Part shown: positions 51,739 through 64,000 of the stretch, piece by piece
Position numbering within the stretch: position 1 is the stretch's first letter
Layout of the letters: each line of letters begins with the position of its first letter
Assembly: GCF_036321535.1 (NCBI RefSeq)
Contig: NC_087437.1
Coordinates: 94,118,001 to 94,182,000, forward strand
DNA: 64,000 nucleotides
Direction of reading: 5' to 3'
Source of the DNA: Camelus dromedarius
Lineage: Eukaryota
Notes under the pieces: generated by a model
Database searches by the model: none
Seen by the model: the letters and a program-made list of their open reading frames with translations, nothing else
Told to the model about the DNA's origin: nothing
Made by a program: the position numbers and the translations under genes

Positions 51739-52209
51739 TAGGCATACCTCAGAGATACTGAAGGTTTGATTCCAGACCACCACATTGAGACGAACATTCA
51801 ATAAAGTCAGTCACATGATTTTCTGGTTTCTCAGTGCATATAAAAGTTATATTTACACTATACTATAGTCTATGAAGTGTACAATACCATTCTGTCTAAA
51901 AATACCTTAATTTTAAAATACAATTTTTAAAAAATGCTAACCATTGTCTGAGACTTCAGCGAGTTACAATATTTTTACAATAATAACGTGAAAGATCACT
52001 GATCACAGATCCCATAATAAATAAAATAATAATAAAAAAGTTTGAAACATGGCAAGAATGACCAAAATATGACACAGAGGCAAAAAGTGAGCAAATTTTG
52101 TTGGAAAAATGGTGCTGATAGACAGACTTGCTCGTTGTAAGGTTGCCACAAACCTTCATTGTATAAAAACTGTAATATCAGCAAAGTACAATAAAACAAA
52201 GTATGCCTT
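51739..52209 (-). mobile_element. Tigger1-derived MITE (about 470 bp)
   Basis: TAGGCATACCTCAGAGATA...AATAAAACAAAGTATGCCT. Both Tigger1 ends are joined with no transposase between them. Confidence 0.92.
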
Positions 52210-52515
52210 AAATTCCTCAGGTTACCTCATCAGTTATGTGTTGATTAGTGACATGCGTAACTGCAGTGTTGACATACACAGCAGTCTAGCCTGGCATAGA
52301 GCATAATTCTTTGGTGAGCAGTCCAGAGATTGGTGGTTTACAAAATTTTAAAACTTCAGGCTTGTCTTAGTCTATTTTTCTGGTCATATTTACATAAATT
52401 TCATTTTTGGGATGGTTCCCTTCTTAAGAGATCCACTGTTTTATTAATCTGCACCTCTGTGCACAGTCATGATTTGGGAACACAATTCTAATACCAAGCA
52501 TCAAAGAGAACTTCT

Positions 52516-52875
52516 GTGTCTTAATTTATAATGCTATAACAAAAATACGATTGACTGGGTTACTTAAACAGCAAACGTTTGTTTCTCACAGTTCTTAAGG
52601 CCAGGAAGTCGAAGATCAAAGTGCCGGCAGATCAGGTGTCTGGCGAAAGCTCTCTTCTGGGCTTGTAGGCAGTCACCTTTTGTTGTTTCCTCATATGGCA
52701 GGAAGCAGGGTGAGAAGCAAGCCCTCCTGTGTCTCTTCTTGTAAGGGCACTAAACCCCATCACGAGGGCTCCATCTCTCTGACCTCCTGAGAGCCCTTCC
52801 TACAAATAATATCACACTGAGGACTGAGGCTTCAGCATATGAGTCTGGTGGGGACACAAACAGCAGTCCATGACA
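52516..52875 (-). mobile_element. MaLR solo LTR (MLT1A0-like)
   Basis: TGTCTTAAT...GCTATAACAAAAATAC...TTCTCACAGTTCT...AAGATCAAAGTGCCGGCAGAT...GGGACACAAACAGCAGTCCATGACA. Confidence 0.87.
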
Positions 52876-52889
52876 ATCAAAATGTGCTG

Positions 52890-53260
52890 AAATCACCAAC
52901 TTCCCTCTCTCCTTACTGGCTTAGGCATGAGCATGTGAAGCAATTCTGGCCCATGAAACATTAGGGAAGGTCTGATAAGAAGTCTTCTGGGAAATGTATT
53001 CTTCAAGTTTATAAAAAGATAAAGGTAGAAACATGTTATTCTAAACCTTCTCAAGTGGATAGTGGATTTGTGCTCTGAAGCTGCTATGATTATCTTGCAA
53101 ACATGAGGGGAGCCAGCCTGAAGAAAAGACAAATAAGGCTGTGGATGGCAGACAAGAGTGATAGAAAAAAAAAATTATCAGTCTTGATGAAATCCTGGGT
53201 CACAAATAAAACCATGAAGTCTCTTCTAGATTTCTGTTCCACCTAGCAGAAGCATTCTGA
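52890..53260 (+). mobile_element. MLT1J-like LTR fragment
   Basis: GCATGTGAAGCAATTCTGGCCCATGA...CTTCTGGGAAA...GAAGCTGCTATG...CATGAGGGGAGCCAGCCTGAAG. Confidence 0.7.
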
Positions 53261-54739
53261 GCGTGTAAATTCAGTTTAAATCATCTGTTTTTATATTTGT
53301 AACAATGTATGATGATTTCATAGGAGCATCAGTAGAGAGTAGTGTAGCATATTTTTGTCTCAGCTGATAGGTGATTAATCTTCAGGTATATACATTTTGC
53401 TCCAAGTCAAGTTTTAAATATTTATAGGAAAAAATTAAAGAAAAATAAATTTGAAATTAGCCCAGTCAACTAAAAATGATAGGAATGACATACCTGTTAG
53501 CATAATTAGAGATTGAAATAAATGATATACCATCTTTTCATTGATTTCAAAAATAACAAGCAAAGCTCTTTAAAATGTGAAAAAAAAAAAAAGGGTTTCT
53601 GTGTATCCTGTCTTCAATTTTGGGCATTGAAATACTAAAAGCATTTATGTCCTGCTGTGATGGTTAGATTGTAATCTCAGAGGGGTCTAATAAATATTTC
53701 ACAAATTTAAGAAAACAGGAATTTACAGGGACAACAGAAACCCATTATTTCCTCCTAATTTACTAGAGAAAGTTCACTGGGGAACATTATGTCTGCTTAG
53801 CAACCTAACTATAAACACCATCTAAAGCCTGGCAAAAGTTTGGGGGCAAATATCCCAGTGTAAGAGTGGCTGTCTTTATTTTCCCACAAACATTAAAAAT
53901 TGAGACCAATTTTTTCCTCAATTTTTGTTCTCAGTCACTGTTGAGATAAACAGTTATCTCATGCTTTTGCTTTGAATTGATTACTCTTCTTTGCTTTGTA
54001 ACTTTTGCAAAATTTCTTTTTCTGTAATGAAACATTTCCACATTAAGCCACACCTTTCATCATGGCACTTAAAGACAAGTTAGTGATAGAACTGAAAAAG
54101 TAATGGAAATGCCAAAAAGGGAAAGAATCCCTTGCTGGGTTGTGTTCAGGGTTTTCCCCTGTTGGAGAACGTATGTATTTTGAATGGCAAGAATCTCCTC
54201 TAATCAGTAGCATCTATTTGAATATAAAACTTCTTTTACATAAACTTGCTTTCTAAAGAAAAGTAAAATAAGGATCAGCCAAGAATAAAGGGAGACACAT
54301 TTACCAAAACACTATTCAGAAATAAGCAATGAGCGTTCGTTAACAAGTAATAGAATTTCTCTTTTGTGCAAAACTGAAATTTGGCCTCTTGGGAAGTAAT
54401 AGATAGCAACAGGTATTTTATAAAAATAAATGCAAAGTTACCATGATTTCGATGAGTCTTTATCACAGAAGCCTGGACAAATTATGATTTATGGGTTACA
54501 GATATACTAGTTGACAGAGGACATTGAATGTGTGTGTTTACGCCTTAATATTGGGTGATTAATTACGAAAGGCAAAAGTAAGTCCCTATGCACAGAAAAG
54601 GAAGTCACAATACCTCTCTGCACGTGGGCTTGAACTAAAATATGTGAAATAGAAATTGGTATAATCCAGAAATAAAGTGAAAAGATTTGCCTTCCTTAAA
54701 AAAAATATGTGTGAAGTACACTTCTGGAAATGGTGTTCA

Positions 54740-55000
54740 GTGACCGAGTGGTGTGGTAATTAACCACAGGCACCCCAGATTCAGTCTAGTTCCCATACTT
54801 GGTACCAGGTTATAATCCTACCACTTTTACTTACTAATGTGTATCTTTAAGTAAATGACTTCATCTCCTTTTTCATCCATTTCTTCATCTGTACAATGCA
54901 CACAGTAAGAAGAGAATTTATAGGGCTATTGTCATTTTCAGATGAGTTAATATGCAAAGTGCTTATAACTGCCTGGACTGTAGTAAATACACATTATTTG
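54740..55000 (+). mobile_element. MIR
   Basis: CCAGGTTATAATCCTACCAC...TTTCTTCATCTGTACAATG...AATATGCAAAGTGCTTATAACTGCCTGG. Confidence 0.78.
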
Positions 55001-56550
55001 TTGACTTTTAAAAGATTATTGGATACTTATCATTTCTGAATAACATCATTAAGAATTTTGCATGAGATAAAGCCAAGATTATTTGATTAGAACAAGCAGA
55101 CACATTGATAATTTTTACTGTTCTCAGTTCAGCATATTTCATTGTATTGGAACATGCTTGAGGATAAAATAAATAATTGAAAAATTTGTGACATAATATG
55201 AATTACACTAGCTGGTTATATGCTTTTATTTTAATAACTACAAAATTTGCGAAAGTACTTTTATGATCACAAACTCTAGCATGATTAGTATTGATGACTA
55301 TTGATTACTATTTCACAAAACAGACAAATTATGAACTGCTTTCGGGGCACTCTATGGGTGCTGTGAACTGACAGTGTGTCGGAAAATGCTGTTAACATTA
55401 ACTCCACAAATTGGCAAAATCTAAACAGCCACAAAGAACTTCGGTGTGACCGAAGGCTCTTTCTGAATCCGACATCCTGAGCAACATATTTTGTTTGACA
55501 AAGACATGACAAACAATATTTCACGAGAGTGACCTTCACTTTGAAATACTAAAAGACAAAATATAAAGCAAATATTTTACATTTCAGGGCACACTGAATA
55601 TTTTAAAAAGTGAGAGTAACTAACTTTCTGTTTTCATGCAAGATTAAATTGTTAACAGATTACCACTCATGTACTCTGGCAGCCTTCTTTGGGTCACTTT
55701 TTTGCATTTTACTCAGACCCTTTCTCTAATGTTCAGAAGACATTATATTCACAATGAGCTTTTGCCAAACCCAGAAAATCCTTGTCAACAACTGTTACTT
55801 CCATTCTCTACAGACCTCTGAACCCAATGCTCTACTAGAACTGTTTGTGCAGTGACAGCCTGTGCAAGCTGACAAGGACATTTCTCCTATGGACCTTTCT
55901 CTGCATTTCCAGGTTGAGTCTTTATGACTCAAAATGAAGGTCAATGTCATAGGTATAAAACAAAAGTACAGTTCAACACAGACAAGTCTATGATAGGTTA
56001 ACTCGATACGGTTTAACCACGCTGCTTCCTCAGGATTTGATTAATTGTGGGATGTAGGCTACCCAGAGAACAGAATGGTCTGCATCTCCTTGGGGCAATT
56101 CTCAATAAATATTCAGATAAGCTCGGTGTAATTTATCAAAGGGTTATACTTTTCTGACAAGCACTCAGTGTATCAACTTTCTGTGTTGTGAATTAAGGAC
56201 AGAGTCATAATGTGTAACTTCCAGGAGCTGGGGTTAATATCTTCTTAAAAATGTTGACTGGACCATCCGGGATAACTTAATATAAGGGCTTCTTACCTCA
56301 GCCTGTACTTTTTCCCTAAGATATAATTTTAAGTCTGCTCCAACATAAGAGTGAGCACATGAATATGCCAAAGGTTTATCTACATGGCTTCATTTATTTA
56401 TGAGTTAATTAATTAAATTCAACTATGCAACATACATATTTATACAAATAATGCATTTATACAATTATGTATGTTTATATTAACTGATTATTATTACATG
56501 ATTGACACTATGAGGAATAACCTTCATAATTTTACCTTAATGAAAATTTA

Positions 56551-56701
56551 TGTGCTTTTTAAAAAATTTTTTGGGGGGGGAGGTAATTAGTTTATATAGT
56601 TATTTATTTATTTAATTGCGGTACTTGGGATTGAACCCAGTACCCAGGGCTTCAATCCCCAGCACCACCACTTCTCTACCACTGAGCTACACCTTCTCCC
56701 A
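56551..56701 (-). mobile_element. tRNA-derived SINE (Vic-1 type) with a rearranged interior
   Basis: Minus-strand GTGTAGCTCAGTGGTAGAG, GGGTTCAATCCCAAGTACC and CTAATTACCTCCCCCC. TSD ACCTTAATGAAAATTTA/ACCTCAATGAAAACTTA. Confidence 0.9.
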
Positions 56702-59700
56702 ACCTCAATGAAAACTTAAAGCAGCTTTTGCAAATTTCCTGCCATGGGTATGAAAAAAAATCACAACACATTGCTCATCAAAATCTAACAGTAAGCAGGG
56801 TAATATTGTAGTAAAGAGACTTCTAGATAAATGCATTGACTTACTCTTTAGCTATCTTCATTCTATCACACATTTATCAAAGATAATTATTCTAATTTTA
56901 GAATTATTCATCTCTTTCTGAAATCAATAGATCACAACTCATGTTAGACACTGTTGACATTAGGAAAATTCTTACTTTTCTGTTATGGACTTAATTATTC
57001 TGAGTGATTCAGATAGTCATCTAAATGCTAAATTACTTAATCCAATTTTTTACCTTATTTGCTTCTTTCTTTCATTTGTAACTGTTGAAAGCAACAGTAA
57101 GAATTAATTTAACTGTGCTAAGTAAACAACTGCTAATCAATAGGAAAGAGAATGACAGAGCACATTGTGAGAGCCATGGATATTTTCTCTGAATTTAATT
57201 CACTGTACTATTTAATTCTCCATTTTCATCTTCAATAATACTGTAAGATTTTTTATTATCACATGGATGTTTCATGTAACTATGTAATTATATGCACTTA
57301 TACTAATTATGCATCATAATTTGAACAGGTAATTACTATGTTAGCATATTTAATTACAAAGTTCAACACTTGGTGTACGCAAATGTATTTTGCACTCAGA
57401 ATAGTATATGCTGCACAATAAGTATTTTTTCTTAAGCTCTTATCAAGATAAACTCTTGAAATCAATAAAAAAGTAAAAATAAATTTAAATTTTGATAAAT
57501 CTATCTTGGAATCAAACTTAGGAAGAACTAAAGTAACTTTTAAAGGAATAAAGAATATTAACTGAAATTTAACTTAGAATTTCCAATTTATAAAGACATA
57601 TTGATAGGCAGAATGTAAAACTTTAAGTTTTAAGTTATTTCTCAGTAGTTCTGGTATTTTAAGTTCTTGAAGTTTAAGTAAAAGCTTTTGGATATCTATT
57701 TTCTAAGTCAAGATAGAACATAGCCAAATATTCATAACTAGACTTGTTTTTTGTGTGTGCAAATAAACTGAATGAATAAACCTTTGGAAAACTTTACAAG
57801 TAAAAGAGTCAGTCATAAATTTTCTCATGTTTATATGCCTACATCTTCTGTAAATCTATCAGCTCCAGATACAGCCTAATTTTTTTCTTTTTGTGTTCTT
57901 GAAGAACCCCTCAAACTTGTTCCTAATTCAGAATAAATGCTCAGTAAAGGTGGGAATTAGCAAAATGGATTGTGTGTGCACATTATTTCCACCCACTGGA
58001 CATATAATTTTTTCTGATATTCCTAAAATTTGGCTTCTCTTCAAGTATCCTCCTAACAATTTACATTAATGATTACAAATTGTTTCTCACTTAAATTCAG
58101 TGAAATTTTCTTAATCTTCATATTAAAGAAAATTTCTAGTATTTTCTACTTTTTCAAAGTCTTTTTTCTTTGAATTTCTTAAGTTCTCCTATAAGATCTT
58201 TCTACTTGGATCAGAAAATTCTAGATAATTTGAGATGCAGTATTCATGAACTCTGAAGACTGACTAAAAGACAATTAGTAGAATCATTACACCATTTAAT
58301 AGCTCTGCATGTGGTTGAGCTTTCAAATGTTACTTTCTCTCTCTAGTTCTGTAAATGTATATGTTATGTAAAATGTGAACAATAATATTATCTACCAACA
58401 AGATCATTAACTGTATAAACTGAAATACTCCTGAAATGTTGAGATTTCAACAAATAGAATGTATGTAAAGATAATAACTGACATGTATTGAACACATTTT
58501 ATACCAGGCATCTTTCTAGAAAGTCAATTAATCTTTAAAACAATCTTATGGGGACAGATTTGATTATTAAAAGAGAGTGACTTTTTGGTGCTAAGAGATT
58601 AACGGCACAATGTATTATCCTTCCAAATAACACTTAAAATAACACAGGATAACAAAAAACAAAACACGAATTCCATGGAATAGACTTTTTAGAAGGATTT
58701 TGCCAGTAGTGTATAGTCACAGAATTGGGAAGATCTTTGTGTGTGGAGAGATTTTTTACAATACTTTGAATATAGTGTGATCCATGCACCTGGCTTTTGT
58801 GGTTACAAGTAAGGCTGGCTGTAACCACGACGTCAAGCCACTAAATAACTGCTTAAATTAAAATATTTTGAATTTCAAACAAAAACAGTACACTAGAGCA
58901 AGGTAGAAAGACAAAGCACTTGTGAAAGAATAGTGTTTTTAATGATTGTACCCTGCGTATGTTCTTTGTAGTTTCCTGGTGCAAATGGAAAAATCTTTAC
59001 TGTTTTATTATCCTTTGGTTTTCCCTGCAGGCATTCCATGCACCCTAAAGGACAATAGCCTATTCTATTTCAGGAATTATATGCTGTAAAGTCTATTTAT
59101 TTACAGCTTCATATTTTACGAGTTCAAACACCCTGCATAAAAGTATAGAGACAAGAACTTACATGGCTGGAATACACTGCTTTAAGCACAATGTTGGTAG
59201 ACTATTCTCACATGTAACATGGTTAAGGGCTCCATAACTGATAAATTCTTTTTGTTTGTTTGTTTGTTTGCTTATTTGTTTTGTTATTGTTGTTCTTGTT
59301 TTCTCTCAATGGGTCATGTTCTACCTTGCCCTTGCTCTGTGGAAATTACTGAAGAATATAATTCTCTCAGATGCAAATGTATGGAGACCAAATAATAAAC
59401 AACCAGGTACCAAAAGGAAAAAAAAATAGAGAAGTTATTCTATGTTATTGCATAAGTCTGTTTTAGATTACTGTATTAGTAATAGTAATCACTAGGAAAT
59501 GAAAGGCCAGTCGTAATAAATTCATGTTGGATATTCTTACCTCGGTCCAATCTGGAATTAAGACTTTATAGAAACTGTATTTCTAAAGGAAATTTTTTTC
59601 TAGATTCCTTTAGATCTCAGACTTGGGGAGGACAACACAATAATGGAAAACTGAATCTTCCTTCTCATAGCCATAAAGGAATCAAACATAGACATCTCTT

Positions 59701-60339
59701 CTCCAATTTTGTTTTCATTCTATATTAGAGCTATCAGATAATGCCCTTAGTACCACCTTTTTAAAACTTCTACAGTCAAGTTTCCCAATGATTTATGAAA
59801 ACAAATCTGATTATCATCACTCCATTCTCCTGCTGGCAGCCTATGACACAGTTGGCCCCACGCTCATTCTTGGTTATGGCCGTACTTCTTTGATTATACT
59901 TTAGTTATTCTCAATTTTCTTTGCTTTTTTTTATACTGTCCCCTAAAACTTAATGTTGCTGGTGCTTAATAATATTAGAATAAACATTCTTTTTAAGTAC
60001 AGAGAACAGTTGTCAAAAGTACTGATTTGCTTAATTTACTAAGTTTACTGATTTTTAAAGCTGGTCACAACAAATTTCAAAATATTGAGATCAGAAGTTC
60101 TCTATTCACAGTGAAATTCAACTAAAAATTAAGCACAGAAAAGATTAGTAGATAACCCACATATGTTTTTAAGGAAACCATGGATTATGTTTCATGTTCA
60201 AACATTTGTTAAGTTTTATACATTTGATAGCTTTGAACAAAATAAAATACAAATATCAGCATACTTATGTTTTTATTAGAATGTTGCAAGTAAAGTGATG
60301 GATCAGGAAAAACTATTTATTCTTATGTTACACTGGAAT

Positions 60340-61270
60340 ATCTCTGATATGTGTTCTTACAAATCAATAAAAAGGCCAATAGCCCAATAGAAAAATATTG
60401 AAAAGATTGACAGAGAACTCACAATATAATAATTTAAACTGTCAATGATAACATATATAAAAGTATATAAAAATGAGATTTCTTTGCTTTATCAGATTGG
60501 AGAAAGTTTAAAATATTGACTATACCTTGCATTGAAAGCAACAGGGTGACTGTAATTTGATGAACAGTATTTATACAGTGATTTGTCAATATATCTCAAA
60601 ATCTAAATACTGCATTTCCTTTGAACTAACAGTTTATATTCTAGGGGTTTATTATGAATAGATAAAAATTTAAAGGCAAAAGTAAAACAAATATTTTTGT
60701 AATTATGAGACATTCTACATAAATTAGAAATACATAAAAAGAGGATTGACTAGATAACTTTGGGGTAAATACCCTATATTCATTGATTAAATGTTAAGAA
60801 CATCTAATGACATCAGAAAAGGAAAAAATTATAACTGTATGGCCTTAAAAATTTCATAAATATAATGATTACTAATATATAGAATCTTTGTAAAGATTAA
60901 GTAATACGATAACAATCAACATTTAACACCTGTTATATGCTCTTACATTGCTATATTCTAGAACATAGTAAGTGCTCACTAAATGATAACACTTTGTATA
61001 AAAGGGACAGATATTTATAGATAAGAAAGATGTCACAGAAGATTCTTAGCCACAAAAAGTTTATAAAGCAGCACACATCTTACTCCGTTTTTGTTAAATC
61101 ATTTGCTAACATATGTGTACAATATAGAGTGATATCTGAAAGATTTTCTCAAAAGTGTTGACAATGTTTACAACTGGATAGTAGGTCTTGAAATTATTTT
61201 TTCTTTATTGTTTGTATGTTTCAGTGTTTGATAATTTTGAGATAAGCAGATTATTATAAAATTGAAAAAT
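60340..61270 (+). mobile_element. Very old L1ME-type 3' fragments
   Basis: TACAAATCAATAAAAAGGCCAATAGCCCAATAGAAAA, TATCAGATTGG and CCTTTGAACTAACAGTTT. Confidence 0.6.
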
Positions 61271-61496
61271 AAATAATGAAGTAATTTTAAATTTGGAAAA
61301 CTGGTAATGCATTGCATCAACAAACTTACTTATGAAGAAATTAGAAGTTTAAGAAGTCATTGCTATATTCACACACACATTGCTATATTCCAATTTATTT
61401 GGAAAATATGGGTGAAAAGTAAATATAAGTATGAAATGATTAGATAAAAGTTTAAATTAAATGGAGTTTATATCCAAGGTTATTGTATGTTTTTAA

Positions 61497-62105
61497 AAGC
61501 ACTATTTACAATAGCCAAGACATGGAAACAACCTAAATGTCCATTGGACAGATGACTGGATAAGGAAGCTGTGGTATATTTATACAATGGAATACTACTC
61601 AGCCATAAAAAATGAATAAAATAATCCCATTTGCAGCAACATGGTTGAATCTGGAGAATGTCATTCTGAGTGAAGTGAGCCAGAAAGAGAAATAAAAATA
61701 CCATATGATATCATTTATATGTGGAATCTTAAAAACAAACAAACAAAAAGACAAAGGAATTTATTTACAAAGCAGAAACAGACTTCACAGACTTAGAAAA
61801 CAAACTTACGGTTACCAGGGAGGGAAGGAGATGGGAAGGGATAAGTTGGAGATTTGAGATTTGCAGATACTAATATATAAAAAAATAGATAAACAACAAG
61901 TTTATACTGTATAGCACATGGAATTAAATTCAATATCTTGTAGTAACTTATGGTGAAAGAGAATATGAAAATGAATATATGTATGTTCCTATATGACTGA
62001 ACTATTGTGCTATACACTAGGAATTGACACAACATTGTAAACTGACTATATTTCAATAAATATATATATATATATGAAAATTTTTTAATAAAATAAATAA
62101 AAAAC
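61497..62105 (+). mobile_element. Lineage-specific L1 3' end (about 0.6 kb)
   Basis: GCACTATTTACAATAGCCAAGACATGGAAACAACCTAAATGTCC...TTTCAATAAA plus an A-rich tail, starting at a TTTTT/AAAA endonuclease-type site. Confidence 0.93.
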
Positions 62106-63284
62106 AAAAGTGTGACCTGGCAATTCTTAGATTGTAATTAGTTCTAACAATAAAATTTTGAATGCCGATCAAATTTCAGTTAATATTTTTGTGGAGCTAT
62201 AGTAAATTAAGTGGTCAAATGCATAAGACTTGTCTGACATACTTACCTCTTATGGCTTTTAAAGTTTATTTTCTCTTTTTTAAAAATATCTTTGCCATAA
62301 TTCAAATATTCATTATGAATTTTCTAGCTCTGAATCTGTATTTTCTTATCTTCTTTTTTTCCCACCTTCCATTGTATTTATCACTTTAAGAGGATCTGGA
62401 CTTTTCCTTCCTCTCAGCACGGGCCCCATTTTTTTTTTTTCCATGATACCATCTGCCTAATAGGCTTTGCTCTTTGAAATTGCCATTGTAAACTCATCTG
62501 TACATCCCCAGAGACCATGACCCACATTTTCTCATCATTAATGAAAATCCTTCTCATTTGAAGCAGATTTTAGCAACAAGTTTTTCTGCATGCTCTTTTA
62601 AAATTTACACACAGAACAGCTCATTTTCTAGCCCTCTGGCATTAACATATTGAGCTCACAGGATTTTGTTCCCCTACCCAATGCACACTTGTAGCTCTCT
62701 GTAGGATTAAAAGATTAGTGTGTATTAGCATAAACTATGAGAAAACAAGGTGTTTTGGTATGAGTGGATATTAATAAAATAAAAAGTTGTTAATCTCATG
62801 ATTGCATCAGTATTTTATAAAAGAAATATATTGTGTCTTCAAGAAAATAATTCTTTAAAAACATATAATAACTGAATTAGAGTAATGCCACTTATTTTAG
62901 ATAGGAAAGGAAGGAAATTGCATTTTGGCACTGAAGTCTGATCTATTGATAATTTGCACTGGCATACACTTAGAGTATGAAGGATTCCTCTTTGAGATGA
63001 AGCAGGGCACTTTGCATCCATAAATCATTCTGCATTGCATTTAGAATTGAGACTCCAAGTTTTGCAATAATCAACAAATCTTTCTTAAGCCCCAGTTCCC
63101 TTTATCTGAAATTCTAATACATGTGGATTTATTTTATGTAACTTTTCCACATTTTGTGCTCTGAGACAGTCTAACATTTGGAGGGATGATTGAGAAATGA
63201 TTGGAGTCGGAGTAAAACTCCATGTGTAACCCTTAAACTTTTGTTCTGATCAAAAGCAATATTAAAAATACTATACTGTTTTTT

Positions 63285-63698
63285 GTAGCAACATGGATGG
63301 ACCTGGAGATTGTCATACTAAGTGAAGTAAGGCAGAAAGAGAAAGAAAAATACCATATAACATCACTTATATTAGGAATCTAAAAAAAAAAGACACAAAT
63401 GAACTTACTTACAAAATGGAAACAGATTCATTGACATAGAAAACAAACTTACAGTTACCAAGGAGAAAAGAGGGGTGAAGGGATAAATTGGGAGTTTGAG
63501 ATTTGCAGATACTAACTACTATTTATAAAATAGATAAACAAGAAGATCTTACAGTATGGCAAAGAGAACTATATTCAATATCTTATAATAGACTATAATG
63601 AAAAAGAATATAAAAAGGAATATATATATGTGTAAGTAAATCACTATTCTGTACACCAGAAATTAACGCATTGCAGACCAACTATACTTCAACAAAAA
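63285..63698 (+). mobile_element. L1 3' end (about 0.4 kb), older subfamily
   Basis: GCAACATGGATGGACCTGGAGATTGTCATACTAAGTGAAGTAAG...CAACTATACTTCAACAAAAA, with degenerate TSD-like flanks AAAAATACTATACTGTTTT/AAGAGTACTGGACTATTTT. Confidence 0.9.
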
Positions 63699-64000
63699 GT
63701 AAGAGTACTGGACTATTTTGATGAAAAGATGAAAAGAGACAGGGATTTTAATTCTGGTTCTGGTAATGATGGTAACCTTAGTTTCTCAAAATCTTAATTG
63801 GCTCTTATGTAGAATGAGGGGAGTATACAGGATAATTTTGAAGACACTTTACAACTCTTTAAAAAAATCAATCTATTATGTTATATAAAATTACACTGTG
63901 GTATATAATGTATTATTTAAAAAAAAAGAGTTCAAGGTAAGAAGGTATAGATTTAGAAGTCTATAATTTTATTAAATTTACTTCTGAAATTAGTAGAGCT

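Noticed and set aside
61358..61391. CATTGCTATATTC repeated around a CA run
   Set aside because: A tiny local duplication with no further structure.

Overview
AT-rich mammalian intergenic or deep-intronic DNA, most likely from a camelid (camel, alpaca or llama). The basis for that call is two tRNA-derived SINEs of Vic-1 type and lineage-specific L1 3' UTRs, with no Alu, BovB/Bov-A or PRE-type SINE seen. No intact host protein-coding gene, rRNA, true tRNA or CRISPR array is supported, and every recognisable ORF in the track is a transposon remnant (L1 ORF2 C-termini, Tigger1 transposase). The window is largely a stratified TE landscape: ancient L2, MIR, CR1/L3, L1M, MaLR/ERVL LTRs and hAT MITEs, plus younger L1s, SINEs and an ERV LTR. 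The most notable items are: a young 638-bp class II-like solo LTR with a perfect 6-bp TSD; a four-level nest (MER58 > Tigger1 > Tigger1 MITE > SINE); a polyadenylated MIR-containing insert inside an L1, probably a retrocopied transcript end; a SINE with an internal inverted duplication; an inverted pair of young L1s; a long MaLR provirus relic; and a few non-repeat candidate structured or regulatory elements and micro-exons. Family names come from recalled consensus sequences, not from a database search. Boundaries of old elements are approximate. I found no evidence for a new multi-gene system.
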